A stretch of DNA of 64,000 nt from NCBI GenBank assembly GCA_040217195.1, contig JAVJNR010000002.1:1-64000 (forward strand). The letters are read 5' to 3'. Below, piece by piece: positions 11,153-21,442 of this stretch; position 1 is the first letter of the stretch; each line of letters begins with the position of its first letter. A program made the translations under genes and the position numbers. This DNA is from Leptospiraceae bacterium (GTDB lineage: Bacteria; Spirochaetota; Leptospiria; Leptospirales; Leptonemataceae). The notes under the pieces are model-generated. The model saw nothing but the letters and a program-made list of their open reading frames with translations, did no database searches and was not told where the DNA came from.

Positions 11153-11799
11153 GCGGCCTCTACGGCCGCATCGGAACCGGTATTCGCTTCCAGAACAGAA
11201 TCTACAATTCCATATTCCACAGCTTCATCTGCATAGATCCAACGATCGCGATCGGTATCTTTCTGCACAGCTTCCAGGCTCTGACCGGTACACCGGGCAA
11301 TCATTCGGTCTATTTCATCCCTTTCACGGGTCACAGAATCTGCAAAAATTCGCAGATCGGTAGCCACTGATTGGTACTGACCGGTAACATGAGGCTGATG
11401 GATCATTATCTTACTGTTTTTCAGGCAGTGCCTCTTGCCGGGCGTTCCTGACATCAGAAGCAGCGCTCCAAAACTGGCTGCCAGACCCAGACAAATGGTT
11501 CTCACATCACAGTTCAAAGTTTGCATTGTATCCAAAATGGCCATCCCTGAATGAGTAGCACCTCCCGGGCTGTGGATATAAAACTGAATGTCCTGATCTG
11601 ACTGGGCAGAAAGAAAATGCATCCCTTCTACGATTCTTTGAGCACTGGTATCGTCCACCGCTCCCCAGAGATAGAGACGACGGGCTTCCAGGGCCCAGGC
11701 GCTAATTTGCCTGGCCGGTCTTACCGTGTTCGGATTGTCCCCTTTTCCGTGCTCCGAAGCCAGAGCAGAGCGTCCGCCGGATCTATTTGAATCCATCAT
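11119..11799 (-). CDS. clpP: ATP-dependent Clp protease proteolytic subunit (additional ClpP paralogue)
   Basis: YIHSPGG, GLAASFG (Ser), MIHQP (His), DTDRD (Asp), EAVEYGIVD; ATGA overlap with the upstream sigma gene. Confidence 0.93.
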   Translation of the reverse strand: MMDSNRSGGRSALASEHGKGDNPNTVRPARQISAWALEARRLYLWGAVDDTSAQRIVEGMHFLSAQSDQDIQFYIHSPGGATHSGMAILDTMQTLNCDVRTICLGLAASFGALLLMSGTPGKRHCLKNSKIMIHQPHVTGQYQSVATDLRIFADSVTRERDEIDRMIARCTGQSLEAVQKDTDRDRWIYADEAVEYGIVDSVLEANTGSDAAVEAAQLDRSGAMVI

Positions 11800-12368
11800 G
11801 CGCACATCTCCAGATCGCCTGGTTTGAAGCCTTGCTGTCGTATTTGGTGCTGAAGTTTTTTCTGGAGCTGCCGCACTTGATATCGGGTCTGCATAATGCT
11901 TGCATCTAACTCCCGGGATATGGCATCCATGGTAAGACTCTCCTCAAACCGGAGTTGAAACAGTCGACGTTCCGATGGATTCAGATTTTCCCGAATCTCT
12001 CTAAGACTTCTCTCCAATTCCAGAAAATCCGATTCAACTCTGCCAATTTCCTGAACTCCTACCGTATCCTTTTCTTTTCGCAAAATACGATCCACTGACT
12101 TGATAACCATCCGCCGGGCTATAGATGGTGCTGCTGCCTGGTCTCGAATTCTAGGAAAATAGGCACTTAGTTCCAGAAGAGCTTCCTGGGTTGCATCCTC
12201 GGCCAGATGGTCATCTCGAAGTATTCTTCGAGCCAGATGAAACATCTGCGGCCTCAGAGAACGGAGCTTCTTTTCCACGGAATCCGGACTATCTTGCATA
12301 TCTATAGGTCCCATCAGAAGTTCTAAAAGGGCAATTTTTTTTCCAGGATTTTCCCGCAAGGAAGGCAA
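11796..12368 (-). CDS. ECF-type RNA polymerase sigma factor
   Basis: Region 2 ARRILRDDHLAEDATQEAL and region 4 LNPSERRLFQLRFEESLTMDAISREL; start uncertain. Confidence 0.85.
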   Translation of the reverse strand: MPSLRENPGKKIALLELLMGPIDMQDSPDSVEKKLRSLRPQMFHLARRILRDDHLAEDATQEALLELSAYFPRIRDQAAAPSIARRMVIKSVDRILRKEKDTVGVQEIGRVESDFLELERSLREIRENLNPSERRLFQLRFEESLTMDAISRELDASIMQTRYQVRQLQKKLQHQIRQQGFKPGDLEMCA

Positions 12369-12458
12369 AGGCTTCCGTCTCCGAGAGCCTTGTACTGGAT
12401 TCAGTCAGATAAACGAAATGGGATCCGGTTTGAGTTTAGTATCCTGGAATACCTGGCA

Positions 12459-13286
12459 TCAGATCCAGAATACTACAGAAAGCCCCAGGGCCGTCAGCCC
12501 CGTGGTCATTCCAAAGACCGTTGTATAGAGCCAGTTAGTAGCAGAAATGAGCGACCTTGACCAGTTGTTTGATTCTCCAAGCCAGCCAATTAGTGGAAGA
12601 ATCTGAATCGCATGCAATCCAAGAAAATGAACAGCCCGAATATCGCCAGCAGTTGTGCTCCATCCCAGAAAGGGAATCTGGTTAGCACCGGGCTGACCCA
12701 CACTGTGACTGAGTATGGAAGACATGAGTCCGCCTGCAACACTACCGAGCATGAACAAAACTGAGCCAAAGCGAATGCCCTGGATTACATTTCGCGAAAG
12801 GTTTAGCTCCTGCTGCTTTCTTGTGAAGTAAGGTAATATCAGAAGCAATGTAGCGATAGAAGAGGTAAGTATCATCAGGCCCATGAGCCCGTAAATGGCT
12901 CCACCCAGGGGAGACTCAATATTGAAGTGTGAGCGCTCTCCCCTTGCCGCCTGAAAGGAAATCAACATGATTTCTCCCCAGAGCATTAAACATACGATTC
13001 GCGACAGTAGCACAGGGGAGCGCCAGCCGGGAATGTAATTCAATTTCTGTAACGGATTCGTCAGAAAAGGTAGAGTGAGCGCAAAAATGGAAATAGAAAT
13101 CGCAAACTTCATTGGTTTGAACCAGTTGTCCAGCCCATCCACTGTGCGATGATCGATATTGGCAAGGATGAGAAACACCAGAAATAGAACCGCATGAAAA
13201 ATACCAGTCCAGGTTGCCCAGCCATTGGACTTTAGAATTGTCCACACGTTCCCGCTTTTCACCTGTGTCAACTCGGCGGCAATCAT
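12459..13286 (-). CDS. Conserved multi-pass membrane protein associated with the ABA4-like gene
   Basis: WFKPMKFAIS, QAARGERSHFN, GWSTTAGDIRAVHFLGLHAIQ; overlaps the upstream stop. Confidence 0.8.
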   Translation of the reverse strand: MIAAELTQVKSGNVWTILKSNGWATWTGIFHAVLFLVFLILANIDHRTVDGLDNWFKPMKFAISISIFALTLPFLTNPLQKLNYIPGWRSPVLLSRIVCLMLWGEIMLISFQAARGERSHFNIESPLGGAIYGLMGLMILTSSIATLLLILPYFTRKQQELNLSRNVIQGIRFGSVLFMLGSVAGGLMSSILSHSVGQPGANQIPFLGWSTTAGDIRAVHFLGLHAIQILPLIGWLGESNNWSRSLISATNWLYTTVFGMTTGLTALGLSVVFWI

Positions 13287-13741
13287 GCGGACACCTCGGA
13301 ATGGTCTTTAATTATCCAGGGTCGCAGCAACCGCCATAGTAAATAGCCCACCGGTCCGAACATAAATGTAAAAAACCATATGGGCAGAAGAATTAAGATA
13401 GAAACATTGTGCGGTCTCGCTGCACGAGCGATTTGAATTCCAACAAATAGATCGAAAGCCAGGTAATGAACCCAGCCAGCCAGCAATGTGTAATCGGCTT
13501 CAAAAAGGGATCGTACCCCGGCAATTGAAGAGAAATTTCCTGAACCTCCCGGCAGCCAACCCAGCAAACTGGAAATCATTACCGCCGTATAGGTTACCGA
13601 TAGCAGCACTGGTACCCATGCCTGCTCTACAGGCTTTCTGAGAAAGGAAAGTCTCTGCCGCATGGGATAGTAAAGCACCAGCAATAGCCAGCCCAGCATG
13701 GCCAGAGAATTTGAGATGGAAAATAGGGTTTGCGCATTCAT
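13283..13741 (-). CDS. ABA4-like family (DUF4281) membrane protein
   Basis: AGWVHYLAFDLFVG and FTFMFGPVGYL; GGAGG RBS before the ATG at 13741. Confidence 0.88.
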   Translation of the reverse strand: MNAQTLFSISNSLAMLGWLLLVLYYPMRQRLSFLRKPVEQAWVPVLLSVTYTAVMISSLLGWLPGGSGNFSSIAGVRSLFEADYTLLAGWVHYLAFDLFVGIQIARAARPHNVSILILLPIWFFTFMFGPVGYLLWRLLRPWIIKDHSEVSA

Positions 13742-13751
13742 AGCCGCCTCC

Positions 13752-13800
13752 ATGTAGACACTGACAACATAAAGGCTCCACTTGTTTACAATGTCAACAT
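13752..13800. promoter_or_regulatory. Two imperfect palindromic putative TetR operators
   Basis: ATGTAGACACTGACAACAT (13752-13770) and TTGTTTACAATGTCAACAT (13782-13800), 30 bp apart, between divergent genes. Confidence 0.7.
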
Positions 13801-13869
13801 AAAAATGTTGATTCTGTGCCAGAATTTCGCACACTGGAAAGGGCAGCCAAATCGGCTCGCCGGAACCTC

Positions 13870-14547
13870 ATGAAACGAACCATTGAAAATGAAGCCAAAC
13901 CCTATCACCATGGAGACCTGCGCAATGCATTGATTGAGTCTGCACTTGCCATACTTCAGGAAGAAGGTCTGCATGGGCTTACATTGCGAAAGACTGCGGC
14001 CCGAGCCGGGGTAAGCCACAGCGCACCGTATCGTCACTTTCCGAGCAAGGAAGCGTTGATCGCAGAAATCTCTCGGATGGGCTTTGCGGAACTGGCAGCC
14101 AGAGGCCGACGGTACATTGCCGCTCTCAGCGATGCAGGAGAGCGCCTGACTGCCTATGGATTTGCTTACGTAGAATATGCGGCGGAAAATCCGACAAATT
14201 TCCGCATCATGTTTGGTCAGACGGAACTCAACCCGGAGGATTATCCTGAGTTAAAGGAAACCGGTGAAAATAGTTTTCAGCTTCTGGTGGAGCTGGTTAT
14301 TGAATGCCAGAAAGCCGGACAATTCGAAGCCGGGGATCCATACAGATTGGCGGCCGCGAACTGGTCCTACGTCCATGGCCTGGCTCACCTTCTTGTGGAT
14401 CAAAAACTGGATTGGCTAATAGCTCTAAAAAAGCCGCCGCAAACAGAACTGAGCGCCAGTGAAACAGCCCGATTACTCTGGAATAATTTAAGTGATCTGC
14501 TTATTCAGGGCATGGGGCCGCAACCCTCGCAGGCCCCGAACAACTAG
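13870..14547 (+). CDS. TetR/AcrR family regulator (YHHGDLR, WHG-type)
   Basis: YHHGDLRNAL, HTH AGVSHSAPYRHFPSKEAL, WSYVHGLA. Confidence 0.93.
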   Translation: MKRTIENEAKPYHHGDLRNALIESALAILQEEGLHGLTLRKTAARAGVSHSAPYRHFPSKEALIAEISRMGFAELAARGRRYIAALSDAGERLTAYGFAYVEYAAENPTNFRIMFGQTELNPEDYPELKETGENSFQLLVELVIECQKAGQFEAGDPYRLAAANWSYVHGLAHLLVDQKLDWLIALKKPPQTELSASETARLLWNNLSDLLIQGMGPQPSQAPNN

Positions 14548-14579
14548 ATACCTGCAGACCAAACGACTGGGCGCGAAAT

Positions 14580-15344
14580 CTAGTGAGAAGACATGATTTC
14601 CCTGGCATTCAACGGCTGCAAAGGTCTTGCATTTCCAGAGTACAGTTCTTTGAAGGATGAGAGCTGCTCCAGGCTCAATTTGCTGGGAGTCTTCAGGACA
14701 ATCCATCGCACACCTTCGCTGCATGGAGGAGTCGTCAGAGAACCATTGTATGCATAGTAGCCTTTGGATCCCAGAATTTCTGACGGATTAATAGTGCCAT
14801 TTCCGGGTTTCGTTTCCTCCGGTGAACCGGGCATGTTGCTAAACACTGGCTCAAGAAGTCCATTTTTTTGGCCGGTAACAAAGAAAAGAGCGATTACTGC
14901 CAGCTCACCTGCATCGGATTTATGCACGAAATGAGCGACCAGGGGAAATCTCTGACCTTCCACTGCCTCTTCACTGGGATTGTGAAAATGAAACTGAAGT
15001 AACTTATAGGTATCCTCTTCGATTACCAGTTCTCCAGCATTTTCCAGATTTATTTGAATGGTATGTCCATTATTAACAATTTCAAAAGAGGTATCTTTAT
15101 AGTTCAAGTTCAACGGAGGAAGGTCGGCATCCCGCACATCGGTAATGTCGATGGGACTCTGATTCTTGCCCAGTTTGCAGGCTTGAAATTCAGCTGAAAG
15201 ATCGCCCCAGTTTTCTGGCCCGGTTGCTTCTTTGTAAGACCAGTGGCCATGGGAATCATGACTCTCGCATCCAGCGGCTGCTAAAAAGAAGAATGCAGCC
15301 AATCCAAACGCTCCTGGTTTTCCGATCCTAAATTGGTACATCAT
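14580..15344 (-). CDS. Alpha-class carbonic anhydrase, exported/lipoprotein
   Basis: HWSY, NQSPID, QFHFH, VAHFVH, GSLTTPPCSEGVRW, NARPLQPLN. Confidence 0.95.
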   Translation of the reverse strand: MMYQFRIGKPGAFGLAAFFFLAAAGCESHDSHGHWSYKEATGPENWGDLSAEFQACKLGKNQSPIDITDVRDADLPPLNLNYKDTSFEIVNNGHTIQINLENAGELVIEEDTYKLLQFHFHNPSEEAVEGQRFPLVAHFVHKSDAGELAVIALFFVTGQKNGLLEPVFSNMPGSPEETKPGNGTINPSEILGSKGYYAYNGSLTTPPCSEGVRWIVLKTPSKLSLEQLSSFKELYSGNARPLQPLNAREIMSSH

Positions 15345-15475
15345 CCCCTCCGTTTAATGGATATTGATACCATCGGGAATGTTATATTCTATCACTTTTT
15401 TAAAGAATCTAGATGAAAACGGAATCCTGGCTTACAATGCGAATCGATCGCAAATAACCGGGCCCGTTTTACAAT

Positions 15476-15507
15476 GACCAGCAGACCAGCAGACCAGCAG
15501 ACCAGGA
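15476..15507. repeat. 8-bp tandem repeat GACCAGCA, 4 copies
   Basis: Directly visible in intergenic DNA; last copy imperfect. Confidence 0.8.
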
Positions 15508-15552
15508 GATTAGCCGATAGCAGACAGCGGTTATTAATCTCTACTCTCTGAA

Positions 15553-16383
15553 TTAGTCCACAATACGCAGCCGAATACTGGAATTCATTTCGACCAGGCC
15601 CTGGTCGTCACGTTTCAGTAGAAATAATCCTTCCTTTCCGGACCATCGGACCAAAATCAATTCTCCCTGAATTTCCCATGTGCCCTTGATGGGATTGCCC
15701 GAATCTGCCGGAGTCCATAAAGCTCCGCTGGAATCCAGAGCAAGCAAGCCCATTCCCAGACCCGGTAATTCCGATGTGCTCAGGTACTTTCCTGGAATAC
15801 CGGAAGGCAAGCCCTCTTCCGAATCCGAAGTGCCGGTTTCTGGATCATTCTGTTTCTGCTCTGGAAAGGAGCTGAGCGTCACCCTCTGCCCTTCTAGAAC
15901 CGAAATGGAATCTCCGGAGACTCGATAACATTGCCGGGCAAGCAATGCATCGGTGGTAGCCTCCAATAAATTAAAGCAGGCTTCAAAATCTCGATTCAGA
16001 TTCATTCTCTCTTCCGGGCTACCGCGACGACCCCAGGTCACCTCTCTAACAGGAAATAAAAAAATGGCCCGGTCCTTGAGCAGAAAAGGCTGCTCCAGAG
16101 GGTCCAGTTCTAGCTCCCTGGATGCACTTGCAGTACCCTGAAGGATTTCCAGCTGAAGCCTGAAATGATTGGACTGAAACCCCTGCCAGCCCACGCCACC
16201 GGCGAGGAATTCCACTGTGGGACTATTGGGTACCCTTTTGATTTCGAAAGAACCTATGTACAGTTGACTGCTCTGCGTTAAATAGCGATCCGGAGGTACG
16301 GTCTTACATCCATTAATAGTCCAGAACAGCAGGATGCAAAATATCGCCGAGGCATAAGTATTCGAGAAGAGAGCTGATTTCAA
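15553..16383 (-). CDS. Hypothetical lipoprotein
   Basis: Lipobox-like WTINGC; 4-bp overlap with the upstream permease. Confidence 0.65.
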   Translation of the reverse strand: MKSALFSNTYASAIFCILLFWTINGCKTVPPDRYLTQSSQLYIGSFEIKRVPNSPTVEFLAGGVGWQGFQSNHFRLQLEILQGTASASRELELDPLEQPFLLKDRAIFLFPVREVTWGRRGSPEERMNLNRDFEACFNLLEATTDALLARQCYRVSGDSISVLEGQRVTLSSFPEQKQNDPETGTSDSEEGLPSGIPGKYLSTSELPGLGMGLLALDSSGALWTPADSGNPIKGTWEIQGELILVRWSGKEGLFLLKRDDQGLVEMNSSIRLRIVD

Positions 16384-17732
16384 TGGAAACCTCCTACGGA
16401 ATAGCGAAGCACAATGAATGCGAAAACAATCCAGAGAAGCCAGTGCAGCCTTTTCACTTCACCGGTTGGAATGGATAACAAAACGTAAGCCACTACACCA
16501 GCAGAAATCCCGTTGGCTATATTGTAGGTAAATGGCATTACAAGAATCGTAAGCATTGCAGGAATCCAGTGCCCGGGACTGGAAAAATCCAGCCTGGCCA
16601 CAGCTGAAAACATAAGCATTCCAACAAAAATTAGCACTGGAGCCGTAGCGCTGGCGGGTACCAGTAAAATCAATCCAGACGCAAGTAACGATAGAAGAAA
16701 TAAGATACCGGTGACAACTGCACTCAGACCCGTTCGACCACCGGACGCTATTCCAGATGCACTTTCAATATAAGCAGTAACCGTGCTGGTTCCTAGAACG
16801 GCGCCCAGACTGATTCCTGTGGCATCTACAATCATGGCCCGGCCCACCAATTTTTTTTCCTCCGGGCCGGAAATTCCTGCTTTTCGCAAAGTCGCAACCA
16901 GAGTTCCAAAAGAATCAAACAGCTCTACGAAGGTAAAAGTGAAAATTACAGAAAGGATACCCAGCTCCAGGGCACCCAGCAAATCCAGGTCGCCTGCATG
17001 TGTTGCGCTTATTTTTGGCTGCCAGATCCGGCCATCCCCTGGCAGAGAAGACTCCCCCATTATGAAAGAAAGCAAGGTCAAGATTCCAATGGTTAGAAGG
17101 ATGGAAATATTCCAACGAAGCACAGCTCCCAGGCCCAGCATCAATAGACCGATCAGTCCCAGAATTACAGATACATTTGTAAATGCACCGGCCTGCACTA
17201 CCCATTGCTCCAGAATAACATTGGATTCAGTCCCGTTCTGAGCCACCACGGCCATTAGGCCGGATGATTTAAAACCGATTAGAATCAGAAATAGTCCTAT
17301 TCCAGCCCCGATGCCGATCTTTAAAGATTCCGGAAAAGCATCCACAAGCAGGGGGCGAATATGTGTTAACGTAAGAATAAGGAAGATAATTCCCGAGAGA
17401 AATACTGCGCCCAGAGCCATGCGATAGTCTATGTTGCCTTCGCTGCCCAGAACCACAGATACGAAATAAGCATTCAGTCCCATTCCAGGAGCCAGAGCCA
17501 CAGGAATGTTTACGGATAATCCCATCAGTATGGAGGTAATCCCTGCAGAAACAGCAGTGGCAAAAAACACCGCTTCTTTCTCCATACCCGCAGCCGAAAG
17601 AATCAGAGGATTCACAGCAAGAATGTACCCCATGGTCAAAAAGGTAGTGATGCCAGAGAGAATTTCCGTTCGAACATCGCTTCCTTTCGCCTTCAGCGAA
17701 AACAGGCGTTCCAGGACAGAACTTGAATCCAT
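16380..17732 (-). CDS. NCS2/AzgA family purine permease
   Basis: TTFLTMGYILAVNP, APGMGLNAYF, FDSFGT, GTSTVTAYIESASG, GGRTGL, MPFTYNIANGI. Confidence 0.93.
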   Translation of the reverse strand: MDSSSVLERLFSLKAKGSDVRTEILSGITTFLTMGYILAVNPLILSAAGMEKEAVFFATAVSAGITSILMGLSVNIPVALAPGMGLNAYFVSVVLGSEGNIDYRMALGAVFLSGIIFLILTLTHIRPLLVDAFPESLKIGIGAGIGLFLILIGFKSSGLMAVVAQNGTESNVILEQWVVQAGAFTNVSVILGLIGLLMLGLGAVLRWNISILLTIGILTLLSFIMGESSLPGDGRIWQPKISATHAGDLDLLGALELGILSVIFTFTFVELFDSFGTLVATLRKAGISGPEEKKLVGRAMIVDATGISLGAVLGTSTVTAYIESASGIASGGRTGLSAVVTGILFLLSLLASGLILLVPASATAPVLIFVGMLMFSAVARLDFSSPGHWIPAMLTILVMPFTYNIANGISAGVVAYVLLSIPTGEVKRLHWLLWIVFAFIVLRYSVGGFH

Positions 17733-17843
17733 AAGACAGCATTGCCCTGCCATACTGGGAGGCCAGAGTTTTTCAGATTACTTGAATCCATGGTCCAGAT
17801 CTAATATACTTTTCACTGAATCACCGGTCCACATTCTGGGATT

Positions 17844-18800
17844 ATGACTTCTGACACCTCCTCTATGCTATTTCCTGATATCGAGCCATACAATAGCTTC
17901 CGATTTTCCGTTTCTTCGCTACATGAGATTTATATTGAAGAAGTAGGCAATCCTGAGGGCAAACCGGTACTATTTGTCCATGGCGGTCCCGGAGGAGGAA
18001 TTACGGAAAAACATCGTCGCTACTTTGATCCAGAAGCATATCGAATCATTCTGTTTGATCAAAGAGGATCCGGTCAGAGCACTCCCTATGCTTCGCTGGA
18101 AGAAAACACAACCTGGGACCTGGTTTCTGACATGGAAACAATCAGAAAGACTCTTTCCGTTGATCGCTGGATGCTTTTTGGAGGCTCCTGGGGCTCTACC
18201 CTTTCCCTGGCTTATGCAACGAAACATCCAGAACGAATTACTGATATGGTTTTGAGGGGAATCTTTCTATGTCGCCAGGAAGAGATTCGCTGGTTCTATC
18301 AAGAAGGTGCAGATCGCATTTTTCCGGAAGCATTTGAGAGCTATCGCAGTGCCATTCCTGAAGAAGAAAGATCGGATATGATTGCTGCATTTCATAGAAG
18401 GCTAAACGATCCAGATCCAGATGTTCAGATGAAGGCAGCACAGGCCTGGAGTCTCTGGGAAGGTAGTGCATTACGTCTTTTGCCCGATCCGGAAACTATG
18501 GAGGAATTTGGAGAAATCGCACTTTCTTTGGCCAGAATTGAAAACCATTACTTTTACAATAAATGCTTCTTTGATTCAGACGATTACATCCTGGAAAATG
18601 TCCATCGCTTCAGAAGCATACCTTCCGTTTTAATTCATGGTCGCTACGATATGGTATGTCCGGTAAAAAATGCCTACGATTTGCATAAAGCCTGGCCTGA
18701 ATCCAGTCTGATAATTGTACCGGATGCCGGTCATGCAGGAAGTGAAGAAGGATTGATCCGCGCCCTGGTTCAGGCAACCGAAGCACGCAAAAAGCAATAA
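17844..18800 (+). CDS. pip: Prolyl aminopeptidase (proline iminopeptidase)
   Basis: HGGPG, FDQRGSG, GGSWG nucleophile, HGRYDMVCP, DAGH. Confidence 0.95.
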   Translation: MTSDTSSMLFPDIEPYNSFRFSVSSLHEIYIEEVGNPEGKPVLFVHGGPGGGITEKHRRYFDPEAYRIILFDQRGSGQSTPYASLEENTTWDLVSDMETIRKTLSVDRWMLFGGSWGSTLSLAYATKHPERITDMVLRGIFLCRQEEIRWFYQEGADRIFPEAFESYRSAIPEEERSDMIAAFHRRLNDPDPDVQMKAAQAWSLWEGSALRLLPDPETMEEFGEIALSLARIENHYFYNKCFFDSDDYILENVHRFRSIPSVLIHGRYDMVCPVKNAYDLHKAWPESSLIIVPDAGHAGSEEGLIRALVQATEARKKQ

Positions 18801-21137
18801 TTATTTCTCATCTGATCTCAAAGACAGGATGGCAGCCATTAATTCATCCGGGAATACGGGTTTTGTTAGAATGGAATCGATACCCAGTTGCAACGCTTCT
18901 TCCGCTGACACTTCAGGATTTCCGCTTACCATGATCAGGTTTCCGTGGAAGTTTTTGCGAAATAGAGGCGCAAAATCAGTTCCGCGCTTTTCGCCAAGGA
19001 TTTGGTCCAGTACCACAATGTCGGGTTTCAACCCGGTTCGAATTGCGATCAAAGCCTCATCCGGATCTGAGAAATGGTGCACCTGCTGGCCCATACTTTC
19101 CAGGCCGGATTGAAGGGCCCGAGCAACCATGGGATCATCGTCCACGATACAAAAATGCAAAACCCCCGCTGGAAGTTTCTCGATAGAATCTCTTTCCATG
19201 GTATCAGTAGGATTGAACACCTCGGGCAACAGGATACGCATGGAGGTGCCGGACTCTACTACCGTATCTACTTCGATACTGCCGCCTGCCTCATTTACTA
19301 GATTTTCGACGATTGACAGTCCCAATCCAGTGTTGCCAGATCTGGGATTCCCTGAGTAGAAGGGTTCGAATATCCGCGCCACCTGATTGGCCGGTATGCC
19401 CGGTCCATCATCCTGAACAATCAGAAAGAACGCTCGCGGCTCTGTTTCTGTATCGCATAGCTTAACCTCTATCTTGCCGCCTCCGGGTGAAAGAGCGCGA
19501 ACAGAGTTTCGGATTAAATTCACGGCAACTTGCTCCAGAGCACTTGGCTCCAGCGCCACGTAACCGTCTTCTCCGGTTCGGGTCCATTCCAGTCGAGTAT
19601 TTGCAGGCAGTGCTGCTCGATAGGATTCGATGACCGCAGCCAGGGTTTTATGAATCAATGTTGAGCCTTTGGCCGGCCTGGCCTGACGAGTGAATGTAAG
19701 TAGCCTTCGAACAAGCTCTCTGGATCGACTGAGACCGCTCATCGCTATTTCCAGCTTTTCCAGAATTGCCTCTGGATCGCCAGTAGTGCGGATCAAATCC
19801 CTGGACTCGGCCACGTATGTAAGCGGAGGTTGCAACAGATTGTTTAGATCATGAGCGATGGAACCTGTGAATCGGCCCATGGCTTCCAGTTTTTGTTTTT
19901 GTGCTTTCTGCCGTCGTTCCAGTCTGTCGCTTGTGATATCCCTTACTGCAACACTAAAGAAGTGCGAACGGCTATGAGAGTCCAGGTAACTAAACGTGGC
20001 TTCTTCCCAGATAGTTGTTTCTTCTGATTCCCTGGGATATTCGATTCGCACGGGTCGAGCCTCTTTCATACTCAATCTGGCTGCAGATCTTCGCATTTCT
20101 GAATTCTCAACCGAGTAGCCCAATTCCGAGTCGGTCCGACCCACCATTTGATCTTCCAACCGATCGACTCCACTGGAATTGCTTACTTCTACAATACTCA
20201 AAGTGGTTCCTTTGAGTTCCATCACCGCTATGAGTAATGGAGTAACCCGAAACAGCCGCCGGAATCGAGTCATCTGTCTTTCCCGGGCTTTTTCTGCCAG
20301 TTGCCGGCTCAGTTCATTGGCTATGGAAGACAGAATAAGTCGAAAGACATCCAGCTCAAAGGGGTTAAAAGCTCCTCGGTCGCCCCGTCGAATAAGTGCA
20401 ATCATTCCCTGGGAGTCCGATGCTGAACCCGATGCTAGCAAAAAGCCCAAAACGATTCGATCCTCGGGATTCATATCCAGCTGCTTTCGCAGAAACTCCG
20501 GAACTTCTTCTCCTCCAATCTCCAGAACCTCGGCGGCACGAAGGATAGCCAGCCAGTCTCGAACAGGCGTCTCCAGAAGATTCATTCGCACGGCACCGGA
20601 CGGTTTATCGAATCCTTTCCGATTCGACCAGCGCTGACGCAGAGTTATCACGGCAGACCGATAGCCGCCCCGAAATCCCAGATACAGCACTGAGGAAGCT
20701 TCGGAAGCATGAGCCATCAACTCCATGCAGCTTCGCAGGCTGCGCTCAAAGTCATTTTCGAATTCGAAAACCTGTCTGATTCGAGTGGCCCATCGAAGCC
20801 ATTCTCTGTACTTGCTGAGCGGATCCTCGCCTGGCGACATACGATTTACAGGCCTCAGAATTACAATGGCACCTGAAGGGTGACTCTGGCTCTGTCTAAT
20901 CAGGGGCTCTGCAGAAGCTGAAAACCAGTTGACGGTACCATCGGCCTGGTGAAATCCAAGTATCTCATCGCCTACTGCAAGGCCCGATTCCATAGCTCGA
21001 ATTCCTGGCAACATCTTCCATTCCAGGAAATTTCCTCGGGTATCGGTGATCCGAAGATCAGCACCTCTGGGTATGGGACCGAATAGCTCCGTAACGGATT
21101 GACCGAGAATTTGAGCCGCCCGGGCATTGACATGCAC
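18801..21137 (-). CDS. Cytoplasmic hybrid sensor histidine kinase (PAS-GAF-PAS-HisKA-HATPase-REC)
   Basis: H-box IAHDLNNLL, N-box NLIRNS, DDGPGI, FEPF, GLGLS, REC VVLD...KP; 5' end probably extends upstream of the GTG. Confidence 0.92.
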   Translation of the reverse strand: MHVNARAAQILGQSVTELFGPIPRGADLRITDTRGNFLEWKMLPGIRAMESGLAVGDEILGFHQADGTVNWFSASAEPLIRQSQSHPSGAIVILRPVNRMSPGEDPLSKYREWLRWATRIRQVFEFENDFERSLRSCMELMAHASEASSVLYLGFRGGYRSAVITLRQRWSNRKGFDKPSGAVRMNLLETPVRDWLAILRAAEVLEIGGEEVPEFLRKQLDMNPEDRIVLGFLLASGSASDSQGMIALIRRGDRGAFNPFELDVFRLILSSIANELSRQLAEKARERQMTRFRRLFRVTPLLIAVMELKGTTLSIVEVSNSSGVDRLEDQMVGRTDSELGYSVENSEMRRSAARLSMKEARPVRIEYPRESEETTIWEEATFSYLDSHSRSHFFSVAVRDITSDRLERRQKAQKQKLEAMGRFTGSIAHDLNNLLQPPLTYVAESRDLIRTTGDPEAILEKLEIAMSGLSRSRELVRRLLTFTRQARPAKGSTLIHKTLAAVIESYRAALPANTRLEWTRTGEDGYVALEPSALEQVAVNLIRNSVRALSPGGGKIEVKLCDTETEPRAFFLIVQDDGPGIPANQVARIFEPFYSGNPRSGNTGLGLSIVENLVNEAGGSIEVDTVVESGTSMRILLPEVFNPTDTMERDSIEKLPAGVLHFCIVDDDPMVARALQSGLESMGQQVHHFSDPDEALIAIRTGLKPDIVVLDQILGEKRGTDFAPLFRKNFHGNLIMVSGNPEVSAEEALQLGIDSILTKPVFPDELMAAILSLRSDEK

Positions 21138-21442
21138 TATAGAACCCGGTGCTTCGATTACAATCAGGCCCGGGTCAGCGGATGCAGGGATTTTGACAAA
21201 ATCGGAAATACTAGCCTCCGGCCATTTCAGCTGCGGTTCCGGGTACCAGCGCAGCCTGGAGCAAGAAATATAGAAACAAAGAAGCCTACCATTGAGAGCA
21301 ATCCATTTTTGTCCAGGGAGCTAAGTATGCTGGATTAAGCCCTCAGTCGTTAAAAAATGAAGAGCTGAATCCGGGCCGGTTCGCTGCAGCGAAGCATCGC
21401 TTCCGGTTGACCGGTGGCCTGGTCCATCTATTGCTGCACAGT

